From positions 1 through 53,932 of IMG/VR virus record IMGVR_UViG_3300030116_005302: a stretch of DNA of 53,932 nt; one strand, given 5' to 3'. Each line of letters begins with the position of its first letter. The first letter of the stretch is position 1. The DNA is from a virus. Its lineage: Duplodnaviria > Caudoviricetes. The notes under the pieces are model-generated. The model ran no database searches. It had not been told where the DNA came from and saw nothing but the letters and a program-made list of their open reading frames with translations. The position numbers and the translations under genes were made by a program. Positions 18,315 through 27,902 of the stretch are shown here, piece by piece.

Positions 18315-20371
18315 TGGCTTATTTTAAAATTAATAGATTTAAAGGGATTGCTCCAGCCGTTTCTCCAAGACTTTTAGCAGAAGGCATAGGCCAAACTGCA
18401 GAAAATGTAGATCTTGAAAGTGGTAGACTTGTTCCTATTCAAAATGACGATAGTGATTTTGATGCTACTACTTCAGTTCCAAATGAAGTAGCTCTTCCAA
18501 ATGCAAATAAAAAAAGTATATTTGTTTATAATGATACTACTTGGTTAACTAATTTTGGTGATAATCTTAATATAGATTTACTTGATAGTCCTGTAATAAA
18601 TGATGCCTATGATCGTATTTATTTTACAGGGGATACTTTTCCTAAATATAGTTTTAATACTTCTATTACATCAGGCTCAGGAGCTAAACCTGATGTTGTG
18701 TACAGATTAGGTATCCCTGCTCCTGATAGTGCTCTTAGTGTTTCTGTTAGCGGAAGTGCTGATGCTGGAGCTCTAACAAATGATGTATCTTATGTATATA
18801 CATTTGTATTAGGTACTGGAGAAGAAGGGCCTCCAAGCCCTGCAAGCACTGTAACTCAATTAGCAAATGGGCAAACTGCAAATTTATCTGCTATTGATGA
18901 TACTCTTCCTACTCATCCAGGTGGGGGCAGTATTAATTATTATACTACTGGGCTTAAAAGAAGAATTTATAGATCAAATACTGGCTCTACTAATACCGAG
19001 TTTCAATTTGTAAAAGACATTAGTAGTGGTACTACTACTACAGATACTGCAGATGCTGATGCTTTAGGTGAAATTTTACCTAGTACAACATGGATAGGTC
19101 CTCCGGATGATAATTCTTCTGATTATCCTGATGGGCAAATGTTAGGTTTAACTTTTATAGCAAACGGTGTTTTTGCTGGCTTTTCTGGTAGAATGCTTTG
19201 TTTTAGTGAACCTTTTTTACCTCATGCATGGCCTGCAGATTACAGATTAACTTTAGATAGAAATATTGTAGGGCTTGGGGTTACTACTAATGGTATAGCA
19301 GTAATGACAGAAGGTTCGCCTTATTTTGTAGGTGGCACTGATCCGGGGTCAATGACTGCAATTAAATTAGATAGCGCCCAAGCTTGTTTAAACAAAAATT
19401 CTATTGTTGATATGGGTGATTATGTATTATATGCAGGGCCCGATGGACTTGTTGCTATATCGGGCAACGAAGTTCAAATAGTATCTAAAGGTGTTATATC
19501 TCCTGAACAATGGAAAGATGCTGCAGGTACTTTTAGACCCGCTGCTATATCCGCTTTTAGATATAAAGAAACTTATGTTGCATTTGATTTAAGTAGTTCT
19601 ACTGGTTGGGTGTATGATCCCAAAGGGCAAGAAAATATGTTTACTACTTTGTCTTCTGCTTCTGCAGTACGTGGGGGGTATGAAGATCTTACTAATGGAG
19701 ATTTATATTTAATAGTAGGTTCAGCTATACATAAATATAGAGAAGGCGATACTACTCAAACTTTAACTTATAAATCAGGTAAGTTTGTTACTCCAGCTCC
19801 TATGAGTATGAGTTATGTATCTGTTGATGCTGACTCTTTTGCAACAAACCCAGTAGTTGTTAAGGTTTTTGGAGATGGTACGTTAATATCTAACTATTCT
19901 CTTGTTCTTTACAAAGAAACTATAGCCGAAAGCGCAGTTAACGAATCTACTGATGTTATTACTATAGCTGCTCATGGTTTTGAAACCGGAGCTTCTGTTA
20001 CTTATAATGCTGAAGGAGGAGGAACTGCTTTAACATTAAGTACAGGCGCTGTATCTGATGGAGATGAACTTTTTGTTATTGTTGTTTCTTCTAGCACTAT
20101 TAAATTAGCTTCTACCAGGGATAATGCATTTGCAAATACCGCTGTTACTATAACTAATGATGGTAATGATTCTCAAACATTAACTAGCGGAAATCTTCTT
20201 CAACAAACTACAACTGTACCTAGCGGTATATCTACCAAAGCATATTTACAAGAGCCTATAATGCGGCTTCCTGCTACTATAGCCCAAGAGTGGGAAGTAC
20301 AAATTGAAACTAAACAAACAATTAATGATGTATGTATTGCGCAAAGTATTGATGAAATAAAGGCGACTTAA
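18314..20371 (+). CDS. Tail nozzle/stabilization protein
   Basis: 685 aa with F.GI.P..SPRLL at the N-terminus, YVYTFV...GEEGPPSPAS, RIYRS and FSEPF.PHAWP, typical of beta-propeller podovirus tail proteins. Confidence 0.75.
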   Translation: MAYFKINRFKGIAPAVSPRLLAEGIGQTAENVDLESGRLVPIQNDDSDFDATTSVPNEVALPNANKKSIFVYNDTTWLTNFGDNLNIDLLDSPVINDAYDRIYFTGDTFPKYSFNTSITSGSGAKPDVVYRLGIPAPDSALSVSVSGSADAGALTNDVSYVYTFVLGTGEEGPPSPASTVTQLANGQTANLSAIDDTLPTHPGGGSINYYTTGLKRRIYRSNTGSTNTEFQFVKDISSGTTTTDTADADALGEILPSTTWIGPPDDNSSDYPDGQMLGLTFIANGVFAGFSGRMLCFSEPFLPHAWPADYRLTLDRNIVGLGVTTNGIAVMTEGSPYFVGGTDPGSMTAIKLDSAQACLNKNSIVDMGDYVLYAGPDGLVAISGNEVQIVSKGVISPEQWKDAAGTFRPAAISAFRYKETYVAFDLSSSTGWVYDPKGQENMFTTLSSASAVRGGYEDLTNGDLYLIVGSAIHKYREGDTTQTLTYKSGKFVTPAPMSMSYVSVDADSFATNPVVVKVFGDGTLISNYSLVLYKETIAESAVNESTDVITIAAHGFETGASVTYNAEGGGTALTLSTGAVSDGDELFVIVVSSSTIKLASTRDNAFANTAVTITNDGNDSQTLTSGNLLQQTTTVPSGISTKAYLQEPIMRLPATIAQEWEVQIETKQTINDVCIAQSIDEIKAT

Positions 20372-21994
20372 ATGGCTTCGACTCCTACTAAAGTTCCTGG
20401 GCTTCCTGCAATTCCATCTAATGCATCTCCTGATCTTAAAGCATACTTAAAAGCTTTAGGTGAAGCTCTTGAAATAAGGTTAGGTCGAAGAGGAGACCAA
20501 CGTGATCGGGCTATAACTTTAAGAGAATTGATTGATTCAGGTTTAGCAAAAGAACTTAAGTCAGCTCCTTTTAATCCTAATAAGTCTAGTGAAACACATG
20601 TAGGTATTTCTTCTATAAACGGACCACATTTACTTACCCCACCTACTCCTTCAGGTTTTACAGTTAGTGGGGCTTTTAAAAATGTAGTTTTAAACTGGTC
20701 AGACCCTAACTTTATTTATTCTAATCATTCTTATACAGAAGTATTTAGACAAAATGCCCAAGCAGCAGATCCTGATGGAATTGCTGAGTCTCAAACTTTA
20801 GGTAGTGCTGGTAATTTAAGTTTTACTGGAGTTCTTTCAACTCAAGATGCTACTAATGGAACAATTCAAAATTCTACTATTACATTTAATGCCCCTACTA
20901 AAGTAACTATTACTTCTTTAGGTAGTGATGAGTCTGGTAGAAATTTTACTGTTACAGGTACTAATGCAAGTGGGTCTTCTGTTAATAGTGGACCTGTAGC
21001 TGGCCCAACTGCAGGCGCTACTAAAGAATTTTCATCTACATCTGGGGATGGGTTGTTTAAAACAGTTACTCAAATAGCATGTAGCAGTAGCATTGTAGGC
21101 AATGTGTCGGCAGGTTGTGCTGAATCTGCTGATGCCATAGGTAATGCTACTTCTATAGGTACTTCTGGATCTATGGTATCTACTGATGCAGCTGTTGCAG
21201 CTGGCGAAGCTTATTTTTATTGGATACGTTTTGTTAGTGAAGAAGGAGTTGCCGGGCCTTTTAATTCTACAAATGGAACAATAGCTTCTACTGTACGTAT
21301 ACAGGAAACAGATATATCAGAAGACGCTATAACTACACCCAAATTAAAAGCTGGGGCTATAACAGCAGATAAAGGAATGTTTCAAAGTGCTGCAATAGAA
21401 TCTGCAGATATAGCTGATGGTAATATTACTACTGCTAAAATAGCTGCTGCTGCTATTACTACTGCTAAAATAAATGCTGCAGCTATTACAAATGCAAAAA
21501 TAGGTACTGCAGCAGTTGGTACTTTATCAATTGATGGTAATGCTGTTACTGTTCCTGATTTTGATACCTATTCAGATAAAGCTGTATTAAAAGCTAGTGG
21601 AGAACAAGATGTTTTTAACGAAACAAGTTTTGTTGTTTCTACTGGTGATTCTAGTATAACCGCTCCAATTTTAATAACTGTTACCGGTTATCATTCTGCT
21701 AGAGATGATAATAGCGATGAAGGTGATTCAGGTGTTATTTTAAAACTTTATGTTGATGAAGGATCTGGGTCTAGTTTAAAAGTCGAACAAATTTCTGGTA
21801 CAGAAACTGATAGCGGTACTAATTTTATTTGTGTTCCTTTTTCTATGACTTATAAAACAGCAGCTACTTATAGGACTAAAATAAGATTATCAGCTACACC
21901 TGTTAGAGTACAAACTACTAGTGGTATAGGTGCTTACACAGCAGATTGTAATATAATACAAGTTAAATCACTTAGAGTAGCAGTAAAAAGATGA
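20372..21994 (+). CDS. Tail fibre/spike protein with ITTAKI repeats
   Basis: Fn3-like PPTPSGF...YFYWIRFVS..GVAGPFNS and 10-aa AITTAKI.A repeats at ~21325-21530. Confidence 0.75.
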   Translation: MASTPTKVPGLPAIPSNASPDLKAYLKALGEALEIRLGRRGDQRDRAITLRELIDSGLAKELKSAPFNPNKSSETHVGISSINGPHLLTPPTPSGFTVSGAFKNVVLNWSDPNFIYSNHSYTEVFRQNAQAADPDGIAESQTLGSAGNLSFTGVLSTQDATNGTIQNSTITFNAPTKVTITSLGSDESGRNFTVTGTNASGSSVNSGPVAGPTAGATKEFSSTSGDGLFKTVTQIACSSSIVGNVSAGCAESADAIGNATSIGTSGSMVSTDAAVAAGEAYFYWIRFVSEEGVAGPFNSTNGTIASTVRIQETDISEDAITTPKLKAGAITADKGMFQSAAIESADIADGNITTAKIAAAAITTAKINAAAITNAKIGTAAVGTLSIDGNAVTVPDFDTYSDKAVLKASGEQDVFNETSFVVSTGDSSITAPILITVTGYHSARDDNSDEGDSGVILKLYVDEGSGSSLKVEQISGTETDSGTNFICVPFSMTYKTAATYRTKIRLSATPVRVQTTSGIGAYTADCNIIQVKSLRVAVKR

Positions 21995-22476
21995 TTATTG
22001 CAGTGTTTGATGTAGATACAGGACAATGCTTACAGATAAGAGATACTGCATATGGTAATTTGTCAGATTATCCATTAGCAAAAGAATTAACTGAAACAGT
22101 AGATCCATCTTCTATTTGGTATAATAAAGCTTCTAATACTGTTGTAACTAGAACAGAAGTTTCTTTAGATTTACCAGATATTGTTTCTGTTGGGGATACT
22201 GTACAAGCTGCAATACCTGCAGATTGTTATGCTGAAGTAAACAATGTTAAACAAACAGATAATATTGTTATAGATACTTCAAAACCTGATAGTTTTTGGG
22301 TTCAATTAATTGGGCCTTCTAAGTTTGAAAAAAAAGTTAATGTTTTTTCTTATTTTCAAAAACGAAAAAAAGAATACCCATCTATCGTAGATCAATTAGA
22401 TGAACTTTATCACAACGGTATAGATGGCTGGAAAGCAAAAATTAAAGAAGTGAAGGATAAATACCCTAAATCATAG
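21991..22476 (+). CDS. Tail fibre chaperone-like protein
   Basis: C-terminal RKKEYPSIVDQLDELYH.G...WK..I..VK.KYPK signature. Confidence 0.75.
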   Translation: MIIAVFDVDTGQCLQIRDTAYGNLSDYPLAKELTETVDPSSIWYNKASNTVVTRTEVSLDLPDIVSVGDTVQAAIPADCYAEVNNVKQTDNIVIDTSKPDSFWVQLIGPSKFEKKVNVFSYFQKRKKEYPSIVDQLDELYHNGIDGWKAKIKEVKDKYPKS

Positions 22477-22532
22477 AGATAAACGTAATTATCTTTTAAT
22501 AGAATGGATTCGTTATATGTGGTGCGTTAAGT

Positions 22533-23021
22533 ATGCCGGATCCATTAACAGTTACAGCTGCAATAACTTTAGCTGGTAAAGCAGTCAGTCAAGTTTCAAA
22601 GCTTGTGCAAAGCGGGCGTGAAATTGAAGACTGTATGGGTCACATAAGCCGTTGGTTTGAGTGTTGTTCAGATATAAACAAAGCTCGAGAACGAGCAGAA
22701 AACCCTCCATTTTTCAAGAAGTTAACTAATTCTAAGTCTATCGAAAGTGAAGCTCTGGATGCCATGATTGCTCAGAAAAAGATGCGTGACCAGAGGGCAC
22801 AGTTGCGTGAGCTCATCATGTGGCAGTGGGGCAAAGACGAATGGGATAACTTACAACGCCTAGAGAAAGAAATCCGTGAGAAACGGGCAAAGGCTATTCA
22901 TGACCGCATTGTGCTCAAACAGAAGATATTTGATTTTATTATTGGAATGATAGGAATAATTGCGATTGTAGGAATAATTATTGGATTTATTTGGATAATA
23001 TCATTGGGTGGCGGTGAGTGA
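22533..23021 (+). CDS. Hypothetical coiled-coil protein with a C-terminal TM anchor
   Basis: 162 aa, ending in the hydrophobic segment IIGMIGIIAIVGIIIGFIWII. Confidence 0.7.
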   Translation: MPDPLTVTAAITLAGKAVSQVSKLVQSGREIEDCMGHISRWFECCSDINKARERAENPPFFKKLTNSKSIESEALDAMIAQKKMRDQRAQLRELIMWQWGKDEWDNLQRLEKEIREKRAKAIHDRIVLKQKIFDFIIGMIGIIAIVGIIIGFIWIISLGGGE

Positions 23022-23227
23022 TATTGGTTTTTATGTTGACTACATTCCTTGATGGTGCACCGCAACCGGATAAGTTTTACTGGGAATCTATTGATAGATG
23101 CCAGTATTTTGCTAAAAGTTTACGTAGACAAAACTATCATTTAAGTAGAAAATATAATCAACCGGAGGTAGGTGCAACCTGTACTCCAGTTATGGTGAAC
23201 CCGGATAGAGTTAAAGTATGGAGGTAG
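23018..23227 (+). CDS. Hypothetical small protein with two Cys
   Basis: 69 aa, GTGA overlap with the upstream gene, hydrophobic N-terminus. Confidence 0.55.
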   Translation: MILVFMLTTFLDGAPQPDKFYWESIDRCQYFAKSLRRQNYHLSRKYNQPEVGATCTPVMVNPDRVKVWR

Positions 23228-23228
23228 T

Positions 23229-23549
23229 ATGACTCCTAAAAATTTAGACCCCGGATCTATCTACGAAAAATATGATATTAACCACGATGGTACGGTGTCT
23301 GATGAAGAAATGAAACGTAGTTATGAGCTCATAGAGCTTGAATTACGTGAAGAAAAATCAGAAGCCCAGAAAAACATGGCATGGGTAGCTATGATTTCTA
23401 TGATAGTTTTTAGTGCCTTTCTTTTTGTTCCAATAGTTTCAGAAAGCCGAGTTACTGCATTAGGAGATATCCTTGGTTTATTTTACATTGCTCAGGCAGG
23501 TGTAGTTGGAGCTTATATGGGCGTAACAGCATGGATGAGTAGGAAATAA
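23229..23549 (+). CDS. EF-hand-like membrane protein (2 TM)
   Basis: DINHDGTVSDEE loop followed by two hydrophobic helices; GGAGG RBS. Confidence 0.7.
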   Translation: MTPKNLDPGSIYEKYDINHDGTVSDEEMKRSYELIELELREEKSEAQKNMAWVAMISMIVFSAFLFVPIVSESRVTALGDILGLFYIAQAGVVGAYMGVTAWMSRK

Positions 23550-23755
23550 TGGTAAATAAAAGAACATCAACAAAAAAAACTAAGTCTAAAAGCACGGTAA
23601 ATAAGGCAGGTAATTACACTAAACCGGGTATGAGAAAGCGTTTATTTGAGAAAATAAAAGCAGGGTCTAAAGGCGGTAATCCGGGGCAATGGTCAGCTAG
23701 AAAAGCGCAGATGCTTGCGCAGCAGTATAAAAAAGCTGGAGGAGGCTATAAATGA
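23549..23755 (+). CDS. DUF5872-like protein, N-terminal half
   Basis: YTKP..R...KIKAGSKGG.PGQWSARKAQ.LAQ.YKKAGGGY signature. Confidence 0.7.
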   Translation: MVNKRTSTKKTKSKSTVNKAGNYTKPGMRKRLFEKIKAGSKGGNPGQWSARKAQMLAQQYKKAGGGYK

Positions 23756-23916
23756 AAGTAAATGCACCAAAAGGTTTTCATTGGATGAAACAAAAAAATG
23801 GTTCTTTTAAATTAATGAAACATACTGGGACTTTTAAAAAACATAAAGGTGCTAGTTTAACTGCAAATTTTCCAGTGCAAAAAGTACATACTAACGGTAT
23901 GAAAAAGAAAACCTGA
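23752..23916 (+). CDS. Small basic protein (54 aa, absent from the ORF track)
   Basis: ATGA overlap; translates as MKVNAPKGFHWMKQKNGSFKLMKHTGTFKKHKGASLTANFPVQKVHTNGMKKKT and fills the gap almost exactly; GGAGG upstream. Confidence 0.7.
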   Translation: MKVNAPKGFHWMKQKNGSFKLMKHTGTFKKHKGASLTANFPVQKVHTNGMKKKT

Positions 23917-23918
23917 TA

Positions 23919-24164
23919 ATGGCTCTAGCAAAATCACAAAAAAGTCTTAAGAAATGGACTAAACAAAAATGGCGTACTAAATCTGGTAAAAAATCATCTG
24001 AAACAGGTGAAAGATATTTACCTGAAAAAGCTATAAAAAATTTATCTGCTAAAGAATATGCTGCAACAACTAGGAAAAAAAGAGAAGATACAAAAAAAGG
24101 CAAACAGCATAGCAAGCAACCGAAAAAAATAGCTAAAAAAACCAGACGTTATCGTAAGAAATGA
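23919..24164 (+). CDS. DUF5872-like protein, C-terminal half
   Basis: SQKSLKKWTKQKWRTKSG...RYLP.KA...LS..EY..T..KK...GKQ signature. Confidence 0.7.
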   Translation: MALAKSQKSLKKWTKQKWRTKSGKKSSETGERYLPEKAIKNLSAKEYAATTRKKREDTKKGKQHSKQPKKIAKKTRRYRKK

Positions 24165-24274
24165 AAAAATTTTTTAATAGTATTAATATTATTATAATAA
24201 TATTAGTGCTTTTAATGTGTATATGCGGGTATTTAGTAGGGTTATTAATCTGGTGGGAGCCCTGGGACATTTAA
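24161..24274 (+). CDS. Possible 37-aa membrane peptide
   Basis: ATGA overlap; MKKFFNSINIIIIILVLLMCICGYLVGLLIWWEPWDI. Overlaps the end of the convergent gene by 30 nt. Confidence 0.4.
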   Translation: MKKFFNSINIIIIILVLLMCICGYLVGLLIWWEPWDI

Positions 24275-24661
24275 ACAAATAGTTTCTAACCGTTTAACAA
24301 ATTCTTTTCTTGATATACATTTTTCTATAAATTGATCTTTAGTTAAAGCTGCAGCATTCCATTCTTTATTTTCAAGTATTAATGCTTTATCTTCATGTCC
24401 GTATATGACCATGACCCGTTGTCCATGGTCTACGGCCCGATTCAACCATGACTTTTGTAAAGGTGACACTGTGTTTTTAAGTATTGAAGTCCCCTGGACC
24501 GGGAGCTTTTTAATATATTTATACTCAGCCCATATAAACGCTTTCGGGCCAGAGTAAAATGCATCAGGCACACCACCTGCATAGGTGTCGTGTATTTTCC
24601 ATTTAAATACTTCAGGAGATAGGGCTTTGTGCACAGCTTTTACATAACTGTGCTCGTTCAT
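24245..24661 (-). CDS. VRR-NUC/Holliday-junction-resolvase-like PD-(D/E)xK nuclease
   Basis: GGVPD...WAEYK...SPLQKSW motifs. Confidence 0.8.
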   Translation of the reverse strand: MNEHSYVKAVHKALSPEVFKWKIHDTYAGGVPDAFYSGPKAFIWAEYKYIKKLPVQGTSILKNTVSPLQKSWLNRAVDHGQRVMVIYGHEDKALILENKEWNAAALTKDQFIEKCISRKEFVKRLETICLNVPGLPPD

Positions 24662-25408
24662 TTAAACGCCCCATTGACAATCAGGCTCATCACCTTTTTT
24701 ATAGCTGCACCATTTACAATTGTTTTTACTTGGATTAGGTGCAAAGTCATCGCATGTTGTCATTTTAATAGCACGTTCGTGTATCCCTGGGAGAAACATT
24801 AAAGCCTCCTCCCGGGTATACGGTACAGTTGTTGTTTCACCATGGTCTAAATACCAAAGTTCAGAACTTACGTACTCTAATTCAGGGCTACGCATAAATG
24901 CTGCAAGTGCATACAGCAAGCATTGTTGGGAGTGAGGTATTTCGTTACCTATTTTTTTGCCTGTTTTATAATCAATAACACGGGCTGAAGTCTGGCCTTC
25001 TTGTATGTAAGCATCAAGTTTTACTCGGGCCCAGCAGTCTGTGCTCATCCATTTTGTTTGCCCCCAATCGACAGTAAATGCCCATTCGCCTTCAAGTTCT
25101 ACTTGCCCGTCTATATAAAGTTTTTTAAGTTGATGGAACTCATCTTCAAATTTAACTAGGCTACCTGGGAACTCCGTCAATTTACCATTAACAAAGTCTT
25201 CTGCTTCTTGGTGTATTTTTGAACCACGTTCAGCTGCTGGTCCGGAAGGTTCTCGTACTTTACGTACTTTAGATATGTATATGCGGTAAGGGCATTCTTC
25301 AAATGTTTTAAGAGTTGAATACGACCACGCGGGAACTAAACCAAATGTATCTGGTTTTTTAAGTGGCTTATCCTTGTCCGGTCTCGCTTCCTGCGTTAAC
25401 TTGATCAA
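24662..25408 (-). CDS. Cas4/RecB-like PD-(D/E)xK exonuclease
   Basis: WSYSTL..FEECP, RGSKIH, KLD...IDYKTG, Q..LY and a C-terminal CKWC...C providing likely Fe-S ligands. Confidence 0.9.
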   Translation of the reverse strand: MIKLTQEARPDKDKPLKKPDTFGLVPAWSYSTLKTFEECPYRIYISKVRKVREPSGPAAERGSKIHQEAEDFVNGKLTEFPGSLVKFEDEFHQLKKLYIDGQVELEGEWAFTVDWGQTKWMSTDCWARVKLDAYIQEGQTSARVIDYKTGKKIGNEIPHSQQCLLYALAAFMRSPELEYVSSELWYLDHGETTTVPYTREEALMFLPGIHERAIKMTTCDDFAPNPSKNNCKWCSYKKGDEPDCQWGV

Positions 25409-27902
25409 TTAAGACATTGTCTCTTGTATCGAAATATTGAGCCATTATATCCTTTAATTGAACACTGTCAACTTCCCACCTTATCAATACCCCACGTATG
25501 GGATTAGCTGATTGATCTCGAGCCGGGCGTTTCCTTTCAATTTGTAATCCATTTCTATCTGTCATTTTTCTAAATTGTTTAATTGCTATTGGCGGGGTTT
25601 GTTCTGTCTGTGTATGGTACACGGTACGTAGATGCTCAAGCGGAACTATTGAATACTGGTCCTGGGCTGCGTCTGCGATCCATGTTTTTACGAACCGCTG
25701 TGATGACATAATAGTATTTGCATTAAATGCATTATCTAAAGATATGTCTAAAACATCCATAAAAAACATTAAGTTACCAACTTTAATAGCTTCACAAAAC
25801 TCTTCGAATACTGACATCGTTACATTGCGCATTGTTATCTTAGCTTCATTGTTCATGCAGATCCGTGCCATACGTTTGCTAACTTTGTATTGAGATAGCG
25901 CCCCGGCAAAAGTACTTAATTCTTCGTGTATTGTGTCTATGTTTTCTACTATTTCTGGATGGGCATCTTCTAATTTAACCTCCTGCCTGGGGCCTACGTT
26001 GTATCGTCTATCACCTGTTTCTATTTTTACTGCATCTGACCTATTGGTAAGAAAGATAAAGTTTGTATAGCTGGGTAATTCAATTTGATTACTACGCATC
26101 CCACGGATAGTTAAAGTAGGTTCGGTAATCTGATTCTTTAGTTTATCTGCCATACGGAGACTACCTCCGTTAGCATCTGTCATTCTAAATTCATCAATGA
26201 TTAAGAACAGCGCTGATCTCATATATAAGTTAAATTGTTCTTCGATATTTTCTAGATTTTTCATTGGTACGTGTTCATTACCAAACAGGGGTTTTAATAC
26301 TCTGTTGATAAATACACCTTTACCTGTCCCGGGTATACCTGTAAGTATCCAAGCTGTCATGCTTTTGGTTTTATTCTGGTAAATATAAGCAAGCCAGTTT
26401 AGAAAGTGTTCCGTTTCAGGGTCTTTACCGCCCAGAATATGTTTAATTAGACCGTAGATCATGGGACACATACCCTTAAGATTTACTCCTGTACCATATT
26501 CAAGTGGTTCTCCTATCATGTTTTCATTAAGCATGTACTGTGATCTACGGTACATGTTCACATAGAAAGGAGTTTTATCCAGATTGACAGCTGTTTTAGA
26601 ACTCATAGGTTCAAATACAACCTGTGCGTCTGGTATAAAATCTGGTTGAGTTCTACCGTGGCTGCGCATAAACCCTTCAATACTTGTTTTATTGGTAGGG
26701 GTTAACGGGTAGTCATCACTGAATTGATTTAGGTTAGGATCAAATACACCGTTATAATAAGTATCAGTATAAAAGTCCCTAAGTACCACGGGTTGCGTTG
26801 CTTTATTTCCTGCAATATCTGTTTCGGTAAACCTATCAAATATTGATAAATAGAAGTCTTTGTCAGCTTTAGCGATTTCAAATATTGGTTCGTCTTTGAA
26901 ATTAAACATGTAAGTCGGGTCTTCAAGGTGGAAATAATATGCATTGCTGTCCCCTCCGTTTATATTACAACGTATAAATGGAGCAGAGCTCTCATCTACA
27001 ATTGTTATAGACATCTTGTCCGGGTTTACCAGAACTTCTGTAGCTTGGTTATTTATTGTCGCAGTGTGTACTTTAGCAGATCGTTTCTGTAATCCTGCTT
27101 TCTTGCGCAGCTCATCTTTAATAGATATTTCTGCTGCAAAATTCTTTTCAGGATTTACTTCGTACATAAGAGTAGCCAAATCTACTGTGGCTTTTTCTCT
27201 TTTTGTAAATATGATTCGTTCTTTTGCAGAGTTAAACGGGTCTATAGAAGTATCTACAAAGTCAGGAGCAGCAATAAAAATAATTTTAGTATTGTCTGCA
27301 ACTGAAGGATCGAGTGGATACTTGAGTGATTGTCCGTTACTGCTTAGTTCTAGTTGTGTTTTAAATAAATCGTTTGTGTAGTTAACGTGTTTAAGCCATA
27401 ACTTGATTGATGGTACCGGTAGTGGTATCTCAAGTAGCATGAATATGTGCAACGATACACGGTCACTTTTTAAACCAAGGCTTGATGAGGCCTGTGCTAT
27501 GTAGCTTACGTTATGAAATACTTTAGGTAAGCTGGTAATAATTGTTTCCGCAATACGGCCTACGTCTAAGTTGGTTAGAGTTGACTTAGATACGAAGCCA
27601 GGAATGCGAATGTTGTCAACATCAAATACAATGTACTCACAGAATGCATTTTTATCTCCTTGTCCTGCTCTACTTTGGTTATGTAATTGTTTCTTTAGGG
27701 GTCCTTTTAATAAACAATCACCTTTAGAGGAGTGAGTACGGATTAGAGATTCAAATTGTTTTAAACCTTTATTGGTTTTTTCTATTTGGTAATGGTGTGA
27801 ATTGACTTTTTTTACGTGGGGGTAAGGTTGAGTTTCCTTACTTGAGATTCTTTTTGTTAAACGTAAAGCACTAGCTGCTTCTAGAAAAACTATTTCCATC
27901 AT
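25368..27902 (-). CDS. Primase-SF3 helicase (DUF5906-like C-terminus)
   Basis: Walker A GIPGTGKG, Walker B LIIDE, motif C FLTN and DRRY. N-terminal FDVD...SLH is consistent with an AEP primase. Confidence 0.85.
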   Translation of the reverse strand: MMEIVFLEAASALRLTKRISSKETQPYPHVKKVNSHHYQIEKTNKGLKQFESLIRTHSSKGDCLLKGPLKKQLHNQSRAGQGDKNAFCEYIVFDVDNIRIPGFVSKSTLTNLDVGRIAETIITSLPKVFHNVSYIAQASSSLGLKSDRVSLHIFMLLEIPLPVPSIKLWLKHVNYTNDLFKTQLELSSNGQSLKYPLDPSVADNTKIIFIAAPDFVDTSIDPFNSAKERIIFTKREKATVDLATLMYEVNPEKNFAAEISIKDELRKKAGLQKRSAKVHTATINNQATEVLVNPDKMSITIVDESSAPFIRCNINGGDSNAYYFHLEDPTYMFNFKDEPIFEIAKADKDFYLSIFDRFTETDIAGNKATQPVVLRDFYTDTYYNGVFDPNLNQFSDDYPLTPTNKTSIEGFMRSHGRTQPDFIPDAQVVFEPMSSKTAVNLDKTPFYVNMYRRSQYMLNENMIGEPLEYGTGVNLKGMCPMIYGLIKHILGGKDPETEHFLNWLAYIYQNKTKSMTAWILTGIPGTGKGVFINRVLKPLFGNEHVPMKNLENIEEQFNLYMRSALFLIIDEFRMTDANGGSLRMADKLKNQITEPTLTIRGMRSNQIELPSYTNFIFLTNRSDAVKIETGDRRYNVGPRQEVKLEDAHPEIVENIDTIHEELSTFAGALSQYKVSKRMARICMNNEAKITMRNVTMSVFEEFCEAIKVGNLMFFMDVLDISLDNAFNANTIMSSQRFVKTWIADAAQDQYSIVPLEHLRTVYHTQTEQTPPIAIKQFRKMTDRNGLQIERKRPARDQSANPIRGVLIRWEVDSVQLKDIMAQYFDTRDNVLIDQVNAGSETGQG

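Noticed and set aside
14839-21994. Diversity-generating retroelement or invertible tail-fibre switch
   Set aside because: No reverse transcriptase, invertase or template/variable repeat pair was seen.
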